Shown: positions 37,851-51,490 of the stretch, one piece after another | How the letters are laid out: each line of letters opens with the position of its first letter | Position numbering within the stretch: position 1 is the first letter of the stretch | NCBI RefSeq assembly: GCF_003704095.1 | Contig: NW_020846522.1 | Coordinates: forward strand, 1-64,000 | Direction of reading: 5' to 3' | Source: Pocillopora damicornis | Taxonomy: Eukaryota | DNA: 64,000 bases | Translations under genes and position numbers: made by a program | The notes under the pieces: model-generated | The model's database searches: none | Told to the model about the DNA's origin: nothing | Seen by the model: only the letters and a program-made list of their open reading frames with translations

Positions 37851-40800
37851 TCTTACTTTAATAGCTACGTCAGATGATACCACAAAACCCAGTATCAGAA
37901 TCTTTTTAGATCACTCTCTGTAGAAAGGGTTACAGACAACAGCCAAAGTTACTAACAACTCATATTAAAGTATCCGCTTATTTTTTCTTCAACAAAATCC
38001 TAAAACATCCATGGCACACAACCAGCTAAATTGGAGCGATAGTAATAACAATTATTTCGATGGTACGTGCGAATGAAACGAATAAATCAAACTTGTCTCG
38101 GTCAATTCAGTGATAAATATTGAATTTAAGATAAAGCTTTGTTATCTGCTGAGGACAAAAGATACAAATGAACTCAGTCTCTAAATGCACGGCACCTTAG
38201 GAAGTCTTGACGAGTTGTTTCTCATTACGACGGTAAAAGCATCTCTATAGACGTGCAATAAAACACAAAAAAATTAAAATTCCAGATAAACTTCAATTAT
38301 ACACGATGAGTTCCACACAGAGAAATGAACGCTCAAAAATGCTATTGTAATAGTCTTTTCATGATTTTTCTTCTTCCCATGTTTGCATTTATACGAACTT
38401 GTCAGTACCACAGACGGTATGGAAGGGCTTTTATCGGTGGCTAACCTACGTGCGTAATTGACAGATAGCTAAAACACAATTAACACAATTTTAAAAAAAC
38501 GTGAATGAGGTGAATCTCGCACTTAAAACTTAGCTTTCCTGATTTGTTGCACGAAAAAGAAATATTCCTCCAAATTAAGCGCTGGAATATATCTTTGTTT
38601 TTTCTTTTTTTCATTGTTCACTGTTCTTGTTGTTCTGTCTACACTCCTCAGTAAACGAGCAAAATGATAAGATGCTGACTTCAACAATAATAGCAAATAA
38701 TGGAACATGAGCATTCATTATAATTCCTGTGAATATCTATATTCTTTTCCTAATTGAAACTAAGGTGAAACGTAAAGTAAATGTTTTAGACATGTAGCGG
38801 GAGAATTGTGACCTAACTCTAACGAAGCATCACGCAATGATTCACCAATATTTGTGCTCACCGTATTCTATATAGTTAAGTGTTTTCTTGCTGCACGCAC
38901 TAGTTGAAGTTCTATAGTTTTAACTCCTTCTCGGAGTGAGAGACGCCAATATTATTCATTGTTCCATCGTAAGAAAAAGGAAGTTAAAGAAACCATATCC
39001 ACGATGGTTTTAAAGCCGCCTTCCACCACCCTAGAACAATGAATTCGCAATTCAACGACAAGTACCAATTTTAAAACTCCTTCGTTATACTGAATACTAA
39101 TTGATTTTTATATATATACATATAATGATCCCACACTTGTGGTATCATCAAAGCCATGCTAAAGTACTCAAACTAGTAACCTNNNNNNNNNNNNNNNNNN
39201 NNNNNNNNNNNNNNNNNNNNNNNNNNNNNNNNNNNNNNNNNNNNNNNNNNNNNNNNNNNNNNNNNNNNNNNNNNNNNNNNNNNNNNNNNNNNNNNNNNNN
39301 NNNNNNNNNNNNNNNNACTTGTTTCTTTTGTAAGTCCTTGCACTCAAGAAATAGTGCATGTTCCACTCCTAAGCTTTTTATTTCTGTCTTTATGACTAGT
39401 TCCGTAAATTTACTTTTGGACAAGTTTAAAAATTGTTATTATTTTGGACCTCGATATTCTTTACCCCCAAGAACAAAGAAATGTATTGAAAGAAATGGTT
39501 AGGTCAGAATGAAATTCTGGAAATTAGGCCAAAGGTCAGAGCTCACAAATATGTTGGTTCGGTGGATGAAAGTTGGAGAACCACATGACTTAAAAAGCCT
39601 CATCTTCTGAGGCGTTAAAACTTCAGTTAATTGTTTCTAGTCTTTTTCACAATAAATTCTTACTAATTGTACATTGCACAACCTTATTGCGCCAAAACTT
39701 CAAGTGCAATTAGGGCGCACATTTGCATGTGCCGGTTTTAAGTCCGTTACTCAAGTTGAAATTCGTCCAGAAGGGAAATAGTCAATTCTTTGTACATTAG
39801 CGTGGTGCTCTTCGATAATTTTTTGTATTTGCTTTAAATTGAGAAAAAACTGAGTTCTCTCAGTTTAATAAATATAGGCTAAGACCATTTAATGGTGCAA
39901 AGTAGAAATAATTGCCCCAAACGTGGTCAGACGCGTGGTAAATATGACCATGATGTTTCAATGATCTTTTGTAGACATTAGCTTTATTGTGCAACACTAC
40001 AACTTCTAGATGAAAATGTGGACCTCTACTTTATTTTACAAAGCTGAAATTCCCATGTGATTAAAAGTCATTGTTGAATAGCATAATGAAACATTTGTAG
40101 CTTCTTTTTTTCTATTTGATTTTTCGCAGATGCAATTTTTTGGTGTTTCCTGTGGGACACGTAATGCTGCAGTTCGAGATGACTTTATTTTCTGATGGGA
40201 ACCAAGACATTGTAGACTGTTTATAATCTCTTGTGGTAAATAAAGTTAGCTTTTTTAAGCAGTAGAATTTAAACAGAAAAAAATTAATTTTCTGACTTGT
40301 CTCGCTATACAGACGGGTACTGTATGGTAGAGCATTCGCAGATATATATTTGGAATGATTTCCAGCGTAAGGAATATGAATTTACATAAAATCCTCACGC
40401 AGAGAATTTCATTGGTTTGAAAGTTGTGGCGTTTTATTTCACAGATCTTTTTTATTTCTGCAGAAACTTTTTATGGTTCAGATCGAAGACCATCTACAGA
40501 ATTTTCATGCTAGACAGCAAGCGACATTAACAAAAACATCAGAGGGCTTTCTATATCTTTTTTTAGGTGAAAGAGGACTTCCCGTTCTACACTACCTAAA
40601 AATAGAAATGAAGTTTTATTTCTTTACTAGAAATTTCTGATGACAGTTGTAAAAAGCCGTCTGCGACGGTAATGGACATATTGCTCAAAATGATGTACTA
40701 TTAATAGCAGCAGTTTTAAGAGACACATTTACAAATCCATAATTAAAAATTGAAGAGCTTTTGTAATGTTTTAACTCGTCATTTAAGAAAGCAATTCGAA

Positions 40801-41632
40801 ACTACTTTTTTTCAACGTGAATTTGCTCATTGTAATAAAAAAAAATTGCAGATTTCGCAACTAAACAAGCCGGATTACTTGAATCTTCATAAGTATTGCG
40901 TTCCTCAAAAACATTGATATCTGTATTTCATTCGTAGCCGAGATCAAAATTATATATATTCCTATGGTGACTGTTGAAATGCTAATCCTTCGAATATTTA
41001 GCAAGGCGCCGAATTATGTATGGACACTAAATTTTAAAAGCATTAGGGCGCATTAGCGTTCATACTCTGTGGGCTTTCTCAGAGTTTAAGCGAAATATCA
41101 CCTAACTAAGTTATCCTCTGGAATAGTCATAATTTGAAAGCTATTTGCGAACGAAAAGCAAACTTGTTAGTAAAAAGAATTCCCTAGAACGATCACTAAA
41201 AGATAACAATGTATTTTCCATAACATGACAACTGAGTTTATGAAGAAAATTTCATTTTGTTTTCGAATAAATTCGAAGTTATCATTGAGTCCCTGTTAAA
41301 TTGTCTTTTCTTTGGGGAATTGTCCATAAAATGAAAGAAGCTTTTAAAAACAAACCAAACAGAATGATGTTTTTAATCAACATTAGAAAAGAACATTCAG
41401 CTGTCTGCCCCTTTCCTTAAAAAGGCAAACATGAATAACAGCTATTTTTGGACCAATAAGTCACCTTTAGTTGCTAAGCAATGAATAATATTTTAATTCC
41501 GCATGCAATTTGTACTTCGTGGAAGATATATATAGACATCAAAGAGTCTGCTTGGTTAGATAATCATTCAACAGTAGCCGTACAATTCGTGTACATTCTC
41601 CACATAGCATGCTGTAAAGAGAATTGACAGAA

Positions 41633-42172
41633 ATGAGGGAAATGCTGAAAAAATCAAACTATATTCGCTCCAGAAGGCTAAATACAATAATCGAAATAGC
41701 GGAGACACAGGACGAAAATGAGAATTCGTTAGCGGTCTCGATTCCGGTGAAAGAACAAATTTCAAGTGGTGCCTGTACTGCAGCAAGAACACTGAGTAAA
41801 ATTCCTCTAGCAGAAAGATCTGTTGCACGTAGCCCCCGCGTAGAACAAGTCGTTTCCTCCCACGCAACGCCAGAAACACAGTTATCCACGACATCACATT
41901 GGCGGGAAAAACCGAAAGTATCAACAAAACCCACGGGTATGGACAAAAACTCAAATACTGACGCTTTGACGCTGAAATCTCCGGCGGTCAGAAAAGATAT
42001 TTCCGAAGTTGAGTTTTTTTTTCCTGAATTCTTTAAAAACAGCGAGGCGCAATGCGTTCCCGAAAAGATTAAGAATGCTCACAAGGAAGCTAATCAATAC
42101 ATTAAGAGCCAGAGCGACGATCCGTTCGTCCAGTCCTGGCTGGATTTGTTTGGGCCGCAAGTTTATGGTTAG
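41633..42172 (+). CDS. Motif-family member J (179 aa from first ATG)
   Basis: RRLNTIIEIAETQDENE (41678-41695), DISEVEFFFPEFF and DDPFVQSWLDLFG. TATATATA at 41527-41534. Confidence 0.87.
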   Translation: MREMLKKSNYIRSRRLNTIIEIAETQDENENSLAVSIPVKEQISSGACTAARTLSKIPLAERSVARSPRVEQVVSSHATPETQLSTTSHWREKPKVSTKPTGMDKNSNTDALTLKSPAVRKDISEVEFFFPEFFKNSEAQCVPEKIKNAHKEANQYIKSQSDDPFVQSWLDLFGPQVYG

Positions 42173-42179
42173 AGCCAGA

Positions 42180-42740
42180 CCGGCGAGAGTTCTGCGAAAA
42201 TACGAAAGGGAATTTTTATATTCTCGGAGCTGAGCAAGCTGAAACAACGTGAATAGGTCGGACTGGTGGATTTATGCCCACCTTAGCACTTATAATCACA
42301 GAAATAGATCGCATCCGAACAATTTCCGTGGAAAGTAGGTAGAGAGCAGTTTACGTCTGTGTATAAAGTTAGATTGGCGAGAGTTCTCTTAATGTGTCAG
42401 AGGTATTGTGAATTCTCGGAGTAGGTTGAAACAAAGAGAAATGGTCGACATGTTTTCTTTCCTACTCGTACACTATAATAACCAAAATAGATCTGAAACT
42501 AATCCAAACAATTAACGAGGAAAGAAAGCGAGGTACAGTTTTAGTTTTTGTGCAGCACAAGATTGGCGATAGTTCTATGAGTTTTTCAAATTCAAATTTA
42601 GAAAAATCCTCAAATTTGGTCGAGAGAAAGTTAATCTAAGTGGCGGAGTAGTTTCTTAAACGCCTCAGGCCACAAAAAAAAAACATCAAAATATGAACCA
42701 ATTCCCAAGGAAGCGAGAGAGAAACAGTTTCTGTGGCCTT
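42180..42740 (+). repeat. Degenerate ~190-bp tandem repeat downstream of J
   Basis: The words ggcga.agttct, attctcggag and tataat...aaatagatc recur at roughly 190-bp spacing. Confidence 0.5.
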
Positions 42741-45700
42741 CGCGGCATCGATGCTGTCATCTAACTATTTCACCTTGAGAGATGTAAATACTATTAAAGA
42801 TTAAAACAATTCTGCCGGCTTCTTAGCAGGTCTTAGCGGGTGCCAAAACGATAGATACTAAAATATTGATTATCTAAGCGAGTTCTGCACGACTCCAACT
42901 GCACCGATTCAGCATGATGTGGTTTTTCTCTAAGTCGTGTATACAGCTTTCATTAAGTTATAACAGATCAAATAATTTATTTTTTCGACAACCCATTTAG
43001 CCTCGGAAATAATTTTTTTCTACCATTTCGTTATTTCTTTATGTAATTTCACTCTGCAATTTGAGTGCATTTATAGCTTCCACGCACCTGATCAAATACA
43101 AATTTGCGTTTCAACAGTTTGTATTATCACACAAACTACGCTATTGAAGTTTTGATGAAGATCTAAAATAAATAGTCAAAGCAACTTGAATATGGGTTCT
43201 TTTTCCCTTAATTTTTCGTAAAGGCGCCCTATAAAGCTTGTGCCAGCTGAGCTAATGACACCGACTCAGAAAAAGCGGCCGCTGCGATATTCGCTTAATA
43301 TCTTTCAGAAATGATTGCCTTATTGAATATTTGTTTTCAGGTGTAAAGTTTTTTTAGCGAAAGATAACACTTCTGCTGCAATACCAACCAATTATCTCTT
43401 GAATTTGCTCGGATATGAGACAGAGTCATTTTGCGCAGAAAGTCGTAACTCGAGATGGCATTTTCTAGAACCGTCGCAAATTAAAAATCCTACAATGCAA
43501 CATTCTAGGAAAAAGGAGAACGATATGCTTTGAAATACTCGTTGCTATCGCGAGCTGCTTATTGTGATATTTATGGCAACGTTTTTTTTTTCTTTGAAAA
43601 CAGCTTTATTTTTTATGGTTTTAACTTTTTTTAATTTAAAGGTTTATTGCATAGCTGTTTGATTCTTTTGTCTGCCATTTTTTTTTTACATGCATTGATG
43701 TGTGCCGTCAAAAGTGTCGGACGACAAAACCCGACCAAACAGCAAAAAAGACCCTCTACAAAGGAAATTATGATCAATGAAAAGATTTTATCCTGATGGA
43801 TAACGAACAAAAATACAAAGATAAATAAATGAAAGGACATCTGAGTAAACAGAGAACGTGAATTCGAATACTTATTGATTTGTTTTATTTTCTGGCTTGT
43901 GTTCCGCTAAAAATGGTCAAAAGTTTACGAGTCGGCTATAGTTACGGTAGAGGACAAAGATTATCAGATAATCACCATGACTTACAGCCAAGTCTTTCAA
44001 TTGCAATGGTGGTAGAGACTATCGGCTAACCCCATGACTTATAACCCATTATACTGCATATTTTCTGATTGGCTAATTTGTACCACGTGATTTTGGGTTG
44101 TGATAATATCGTGGTGAAATAGCCATGGTGTAAATTTAACACACCACTGTCGTTACACCATGGCTTCGGTTGACTCAAAGTTTGACGATTTGTGAGATGT
44201 AGACATTGATTCTCTCACTTATTATGACTCATAAAAGCACCAAGAAAACAACTGCTTGAGGAATATCTGTTTTGAAAGGTTAGATTGCGAATTTTTAATT
44301 TTTAATTTAAGCTAGCTGAAGTGTTTTTGCATGTTGTCAACAGTTTAGCATTTGAATAATAAAAATGTTGACGCACTCATTGCTCGTGAATTATCGGGAT
44401 TTTCCTGTGCTCGCTCACAAAAAATAAACTCGAAAAGAATTTCCCATCATACAAATTGAATAAGAGGATGGAAAATTCTTCCCAAATTCGATTGCTAGTA
44501 ATAATTAAAATAATAAAAACAATACGAACAGACTCACTACTAACGCCGAGACTGTGAACTAAATAAATTGTCTACTTTTTTTAAGATACCAAAAAGTGGT
44601 CGGAAGTCAAACTCTTATTGCGCGATTTTGTCTCATCGGCTGCTTGGAGGTGAATAGCACTTGCTCTTCACTCCCAAACTAGCCAATCAGCGTGCGCGAA
44701 AAGCATTATTCACTTCTTTGATATACACTAATGATTATAATGATAAAATCAATGATGATAATAATAAAAAGAGACGTAGCATCAAACAACAATGTAGTCA
44801 AATAAAGTTTTTTAAAAAGCGTGACCTGCTTCATGACCCTACATCTAACAATGTGACCTCGATCCCTACTAATGTGATTTAAATCCTCTTGTAATCAGGA
44901 TTCTGATGTCAAGCAGTGAAAACTGTCAATGAACCTGACCGTGGGAAGTAAGTAGGGAGTCATTATTCCCTTACTCCGTGCTAAACAACAGAGAACAAAA
45001 ACGCATAACGTTTAATTTAATCGCATCAGAGAAAAACATCTCAGATAGACAATGAGAACTTACACCCTATTCACACCAAAGCATAAACATGTTTTGAAGA
45101 AGCTGGTTTTTTTAACACGGTTCAAACTTGTTTTCTTCATAGAGGCTGTTTAGTCTGCTTCGGCCTTGATCTTGCAGAAGTTATCAAACAGGTTTCAAAG
45201 CACGAATTTTCATCGCTTTTTTCATCTCTTTTTCTTTTTCAAAGTTACGATTAGTTACCAACAGACTAAACAGATGATTTACTTGTAAAGCGGAAAAATG
45301 TTGAAATTACGGTTGTTATCCCTCGTTTTTAAGCGAAATTTCTTGTTTAATGAAGATACATTAAAATTCAGCCCTTTCTGAGTTTTTGCAGAACAGAAGA
45401 TACCGCTAAAAGGAATATGTGAAAGATTATAGATCTTAATGGAAGTCCCTTTTCCATTCAAATCTTTTTGGCTGATTAAAAGAAACTCGATGCTAAATTT
45501 CTGTCGATTACAATTCAGTGTATTATATAGACTTAAACAAAACTTTCAGAAATCCGCGTGTTTGGCCAATATCTTATTTACATCATTAAGAATATTAACT
45601 ATTCTGTGTCAACAGTACACCTGTCAGGAGTTTTTTTTTCTTCTTCTTGGAAGCAACACGAATGTAGAGTCATTATTTACACTTTTTTATTTATTTCAGT

Positions 45701-45898
45701 GGACTTTTTGGCACTTCAAAGAAACAAATTTAGACTTAAGAAGATAAGAAGTTTATTCTCCTTCAAGTGATAATCTGATTTACATGTAAAAGCGCAAATT
45801 CATTTCTTTATGTTCAAACTTTTAATTTTGAACGTATCGCAGGCCTTTCGTTGAAATGTTTACGACAATTGATATGTTGTTGACTTGTCATAACGGAG

Positions 45899-46324
45899 TC
45901 ATTTTATTATTTGATGCCCAAAAAGCTTCATCCAAGCGTTGAAAACCGGATCCGCTTGATACTTAAGCGGGAAGAAGCATTCTTGCTGATGATAATCCTT
46001 TATTTCTTCGTGAGGGAAGAAGTCGGGAAATAGACCTTTCGCGATAGAGAACGTCACAATTCTAACATCAGTTGGATCATGACAACTTTTTCGTCTCTCT
46101 CCGTAATCAGCTGATTTGGATTTTCCAGCCAAAGCTAATTTCCTTGGACGGCAAAGCTTCGTTAATTCTGTGGTTCCGTTAATTTTAAGCCTTGGGTGCC
46201 GCAATTGTGGTTTTTCGTATAACAGAGCCAAACACTTTTCTTCGCAGACAATACACAATGTGTCGTCCTCGCAGGGCAATTTTGGGTGAAGGTAGCAAAA
46301 TCTCCGGCGGGTAAGCGCTTGCAT
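45899..46324 (-). CDS. Motif-family member K (141 aa from first ATG)
   Basis: DTLCIVCEE (46241-46258), RRKS, SIAKGLFPDFFP and ADPVFNAWMKLFG. TATAATATA on the minus strand at 46387-46395. Confidence 0.83.
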   Translation of the reverse strand: MQALTRRRFCYLHPKLPCEDDTLCIVCEEKCLALLYEKPQLRHPRLKINGTTELTKLCRPRKLALAGKSKSADYGERRKSCHDPTDVRIVTFSIAKGLFPDFFPHEEIKDYHQQECFFPLKYQADPVFNAWMKLFGHQIIK

Positions 46325-48739
46325 ACTCAGTAACTTTCGTGCCAACAAACACTCCAAATAACATTCTCGAGTTTTTACAGAGGGTCTATATTATAGGGCG
46401 ACACAACGACTCACGTTTTCCTTTGAAAAAATTAACTATCACTTTCGTCTGTCTATTGGTCTGTTTAGGCTGTGTAACCACACACATTTGCGCTGAAACG
46501 TGATTTCCACTCACGTGTACTGTTTACCGTGAATTGACTCATCGTATTAATCAACCCATGTCCAATGGTTTTATTTTTGACATACACCCAGGTATCGAGT
46601 TTATAAAATTTAAAATACGTGATATCTTAATAGAGAGATAAATCCTTATGACAGAACAATTAACGCGGCCATTTCCTTAGATCTAAACATACCTCCTCGA
46701 GTACTTTCCTCCTGATGGTGACTGAATTGAATTGATAAAAATATGAGGAGCTACGTGATTTCTTCAAACTAGCGTATTATTCGCCTTAATTCATATATAC
46801 ATATATAGATATATATAAATTGAGAAAACATGAATGTTGCAATTACAAATTACAGAGGATATTTACGGCTATCGTAACTCGCTAGACAACCTAAGTTTCC
46901 CCTATGAATACAATCATTTTCTCTAAAGTGACGACCATTTTTTAAAAAGTCTACACTATACCATTACGCTAATAAATGAAAATACAGGTGTCCTCATCTC
47001 TTAACTGATTTATAGGAAGACATTTTTATCTACTTTTAACTTGATCGAAATAGCCTGGCGTAAAGGAAATACCTGTGTTTTCCCGAAAGCTTGCGAGGAA
47101 TAATCACAACAGATAAAGTTCGTTATCATTATTTAATCTCTCTGTGTTCTACGTACACCAAACGCATATTTTCAGACACTCGACAGTTTCGATAAGAAAA
47201 TTCCAATTACGACTATTTATGGCAAATGTACTTAGCTCAGAAAGGCTTTTGCCGCTAGCAAATCAAAATGTTTATGGCCAAACTGGAATCGTATTTACAG
47301 GGGGCCCTCAAGACAGATGGTCTTCAACGTTGTCCTGTCGTTAGATCAATTTTCTTTTCCTTCTGCTTTTTTTAAAGAAATTCCCAAGCAAGAATATTAT
47401 GAAATTCAGCGGTAAGATAAAAAGCATTTGAGGCAATCAACAACCATTCCAAGAACAGATTTTAAACCCCCAGAGTTCTCCCACGTCCTTTATTATGAGA
47501 ATCGCGACTAATGACTAGTTAGGCATTACCTAAGGCATTACCTTAAATATTCAGGTCTATAAAAATCTACAAAATAACCCATTAACCCATTTATTGCATA
47601 TAGAACAGAGAATTTATTCAGAAACATTCTGGGGGGTCACTTGGGAAGAGTTTGCGGGAGGAGGGGAGAGGGAATGCCGTCGCGATCTTCAAACACAGCT
47701 CATCAGCTCAAAATACCGTTACCTCTTCATCTTCTACTTTCTCTATATATTCTGCATCTTTATAATGAATTTCCTTGACCGAGAACAGCTGTAATGTTTT
47801 GCTACTAACGCATTTCTTCGCTTCGGCAAACGACCCTTTCATAATGAGTCCCTTGATCTCGTACATGTCTTCGAAATTCATGTTTCTTTCCGAAAAGTAC
47901 TACTTTTCGTGCGCCTCACTTCCTGCGTTCCGCGCAGCATTTTATCATCAATTTTTTATTTGATTTATTTTTACCCGCGCGATGGACTTTGGTGAAAGTA
48001 ACGACTGCCCGTGGTCTGCCGAAAGCAATGTCGTTTTGATGGCACGTACCCGAATAAGAGACTACCTTCTTCCGAAAAAGTGGACGTTTACTGAAACTAG
48101 TAGATATTTGATGTTTTTGAGGATCTTATTTGCCTCGTCAAACTTATTATTGCCACCTTCCTTCCTCCTCTGAAAAGGAGAAAAGGATGATTAACTGACA
48201 TTGTGAAATAAAATATACAAGATGGCTTGATGACACTGAAGTTTATGTACTGTAAATCTAAAAATAAATGCAAATTACATCCTCTGCACTGATGACAATC
48301 GTGGCGACTTTTTCACTTTTGCTTCCTACTTCCCCATTTATGCGAAATAAAGTTCATATGCATGGGCATATGCATTTTATTTCGCAAGTGAGCTAGATAA
48401 TCGATAAATATATTGACTCGAAACGAGAAAACTGTCAATAAAAACGGAATTCAAAGTCCAATATCATGAAGGAAATCACAGAAATCATGAAAATTTGATC
48501 AGTGCATCAAGTAAAGATAACGTCGTATCTTAGGTGTTGATAAGCTGTTAAGTAAATCTCCCTAAGAGTTTTCAAAGGGTTTGCGAGCGACGCGTGATTT
48601 GGAATAAAAATGAGTACGTAACGCGTGAAAGAAATGTAAAAGGAACGTGATTAAAGGCTCCACATGAAGCATGAAATCACCTCTCAGCGTGAAATCACCT
48701 CCCAGTGTGAGATCACCTATCAGATCTAGATTAGATCTA

Positions 48740-50016
48740 AATGAATGACTAGCCAGTAATCGGATCCTTGCGTTTGCGCAAAGATTTCTGGGATCACCGC
48801 AAAGCAAACAAAGTTGTTTCGACGTCCAAAAAAGATTGTAGAGAGAAATCATCGCTTTTCCGCCGCAGTTTATCATAGATGCATTAAAATAAAGTTGAAA
48901 CGAGGGAGGTGTGAGCTTTCGATAGAATTACCGCGAAATATACTATAAAATATACCGATAAACTTTCCTCCTTGCGTATGATACATTGTGAAATCTCAAC
49001 AAATTACAAATTTAGCCAGAAATTGCTAGGAAATTACTCTTTTAAGTCTTGACAGTTGTATTTATGTAGGTACAACATGTTTCATACTTGTTCACGTATT
49101 GAAAGAACAAATTACGACGTCTGAAAATATTCCTCCTCAAAGGAGAGAAGTCGTTGTAAGCGGATATGGAAATTGTTTTTACCAAGCTGTTGCTCTTTGG
49201 AAGGATGAAATAAGCGATGAAAGACATGAGGAAATTCCTAGGTCAAGTGATAGTTTGTTTTGAATAGTTTTGTTTGAAGTATCCAGTGGCCTTGGCATGA
49301 GGTTTTTGAGCTACCGCTTTTTTCCTTGAAGGATCTTGTCAGGAAAGGCAAGATCACGGGAACTCCGACAGAAACTGTGGACATATCATCAGTTGTGCAT
49401 CGCTCTTTAAGCGATCCATTTGTACCTACACTGTACTCATCGTCGCAGTATTGAGCCGATTACCAACGCCGGTTCGTTCTCACTGATCACAATGATATGG
49501 GAATGTAGGTGTTTAACCGCTTAAATGTATCACGATAATATTTAATGCTCGAACAAACCATTTCTCCTGCTGTCCTGAGGTAGCTGTTGTAGCGCTCTCT
49601 TGTATTACCAAGCCAAGGAAAAAGCTAGAAGTAGACTTAACACTCGTCAAAAAAACTGAAAAGGCTCTATTGAGTAATTTCTTGGCGATTTATGGCCAAT
49701 ATTTCAAAATTTCAAGATAAAAGATCATTTCAAGATAAATCTTGCGCATGGATAAAAGATAATCGGCAGAGTTTACAAAAAAATGCATGGTTGTTCAAAC
49801 AAAAACTTACGCTTCCCAAGTATCAACGTTACTCAAATCCATTTGTGATAAAAGAGCTGCGAAAAAGCGATAAGCTCTCTCCAAAATCGTTTTTATGGAC
49901 GTCGAAACAACCTTTCGCCATACATTTTTTTCTAGCGAGTTGCAATGTTTGCCCCGTGGCGATCCCAGAAATCTCTGCGTAAGCACAAGGATCCGATCAC
50001 TGGCAACTCATTCATT
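48740..50016. mobile_element. Decayed element with long imperfect inverted repeats (48740-48881 / 49840-50016)
   Basis: The reverse complement of the left arm matches the right arm (ggacgtcgaaacaac, gatcccagaaatct, caaggatccgat, tcattcatt). The arms enclose an OTU-like fragment. Confidence 0.6.
49132..49570 (+). pseudogene. Frameshifted OTU-like cysteine protease fragment
   Basis: REVVVSGYGNCFYQAVA resembles the OTU Cys-loop D-G-N-C-x-F/Y-x-A (Cys codon 49174-49176). GTPTETVDI and CASLFKRSICTY follow across frameshifts, then a His-loop-like NHF at 49556-49564. Confidence 0.65.
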
Positions 50017-51490
50017 CCGTGCCGGAAAACCCAAGGACCGCTGATATACAAAGAGTGAGGGTGAGCCTGACTTTTATCTGAAACCCATCATCAATACGTG
50101 ACGAGTGAAACTTTCTAAAACAGGAACGTGATTCGTGAATTTAGAAATGCGTGTAAAGCGTGAATTGACTCCTGCGAGTTTCGTGACCTAGATCTAATTT
50201 TCTGTAGTTTCGTGAAAACCGCCAGATTCTCCAGTGATAACTGCTCACATTTATTACTCTGAATGATTTGCTCAGAAAAATCGCTTCTAAATACGGTTCC
50301 AAACAATCAAGAACGTGATTAGTAATGAGATGATCTCTTTTTGGTGTGACCTTATCGTGGTCTTTTTTAGCTCGTGCAAACGAGTTTTTATCGGGGACTC
50401 CGATATGTAAATGAGTCACTCCCACCACTCACAAAGCCACTAAGATGTGGACACTGTGGTAATTGGTCGTCCCAAACTGAATTCACCCGTGCATGAAACC
50501 AAATTGGAGTAGTATTTGCGCTTAAAACGATAGAGGCTTTGTTACAGTTTTTGCTTAGCATCGTTGCTTAAAATGTCACTTTCCAAATGAACAAAAATTT
50601 AATGAGTTCAGCCACAAACCTATTACAGTGAATCGCTTCGATTGTTTATGATCTGATGTAAAACGAGAACTGTGATTAAGTTCAATTATCTTATGTGAAT
50701 ATAGGCGACTTGATCGCTCAGAAGCGGACAAGAATAATCATGTGCTTTTTCCTCATGCTTTTCGGCCTTTCTTGTGAAATTTATTGTCGCGTATCTTTAA
50801 TTTCTATAAGTCAAAAAAACTTGCGGTCACAAAAAAATGCGTTCTGAGGTATTTTCGTTCCGAGACAGACAGCTTAAGGTTTATTATCAGAAGCAAGCAG
50901 GAAATTGTGAGGCAAAACGTGTCATTAGAATGGAAAATAGTGGAATTTGACATGTGCAGGCGAAGGAAGATTTGGATTGTAGCTTCTAAATTTTTATATG
51001 CGTTTACAATTATTCTGCAGAGTTGGATGATTACCATAATTGTGGAAATTTCCGTGATTTTCTGGAAGCTAGGATTTTGAGGCTGTAGCAACCTTGCATT
51101 GCTGCAAGACCAAACATTACAAGTTCACAACCAAACGTCATCTATAGATTAAGCACTTTATGTTCGAGTTGGCAATAGGAATTCTTTGAATTGATCTGGC
51201 TACTAACAGCTGCTAAGACACTCGAAAACGTTTCGTGTTCTTTCCTCTGCTTGGTTTAGAACAGATCAAGCACCAACAAGGCCTCTCTTATTGTTGATTC
51301 TTGCACAGGATAATTTTATTTCAATGGAATCTTATAAATTGGGGCTCAAGGACAATACGCACACTCCACGGCAGATAAAACGTGCAAATTTTTAAAGCTG
51401 AAATTAATGATAAATGAAACTTATCATATTTCCTTTTCATAGAGAAGCAATTACTGATGGAAACTGAAAAAACCTGACAAACCCAGGGAA

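Noticed and set aside
2416-39502. Long ORFs containing X runs (2416-2751, 14490-14846, 31297-31800, 39101-39502)
   Set aside because: Artefacts of translating through N-gaps.
42010-42035. Central motif as an ERK DEF (FxFP) docking site
   Set aside because: Only J (FFFP) fits; the family consensus FP[DE]FFP does not match FxFP.
42118-42160. Resemblance of DPFVQSWLDL / DPLIHSWLNL to the end of the INKA (FAM212) box as I recall it
   Set aside because: The upstream RxRQPLVLGDN-type core is absent, so this is probably generic amphipathic-helix similarity.
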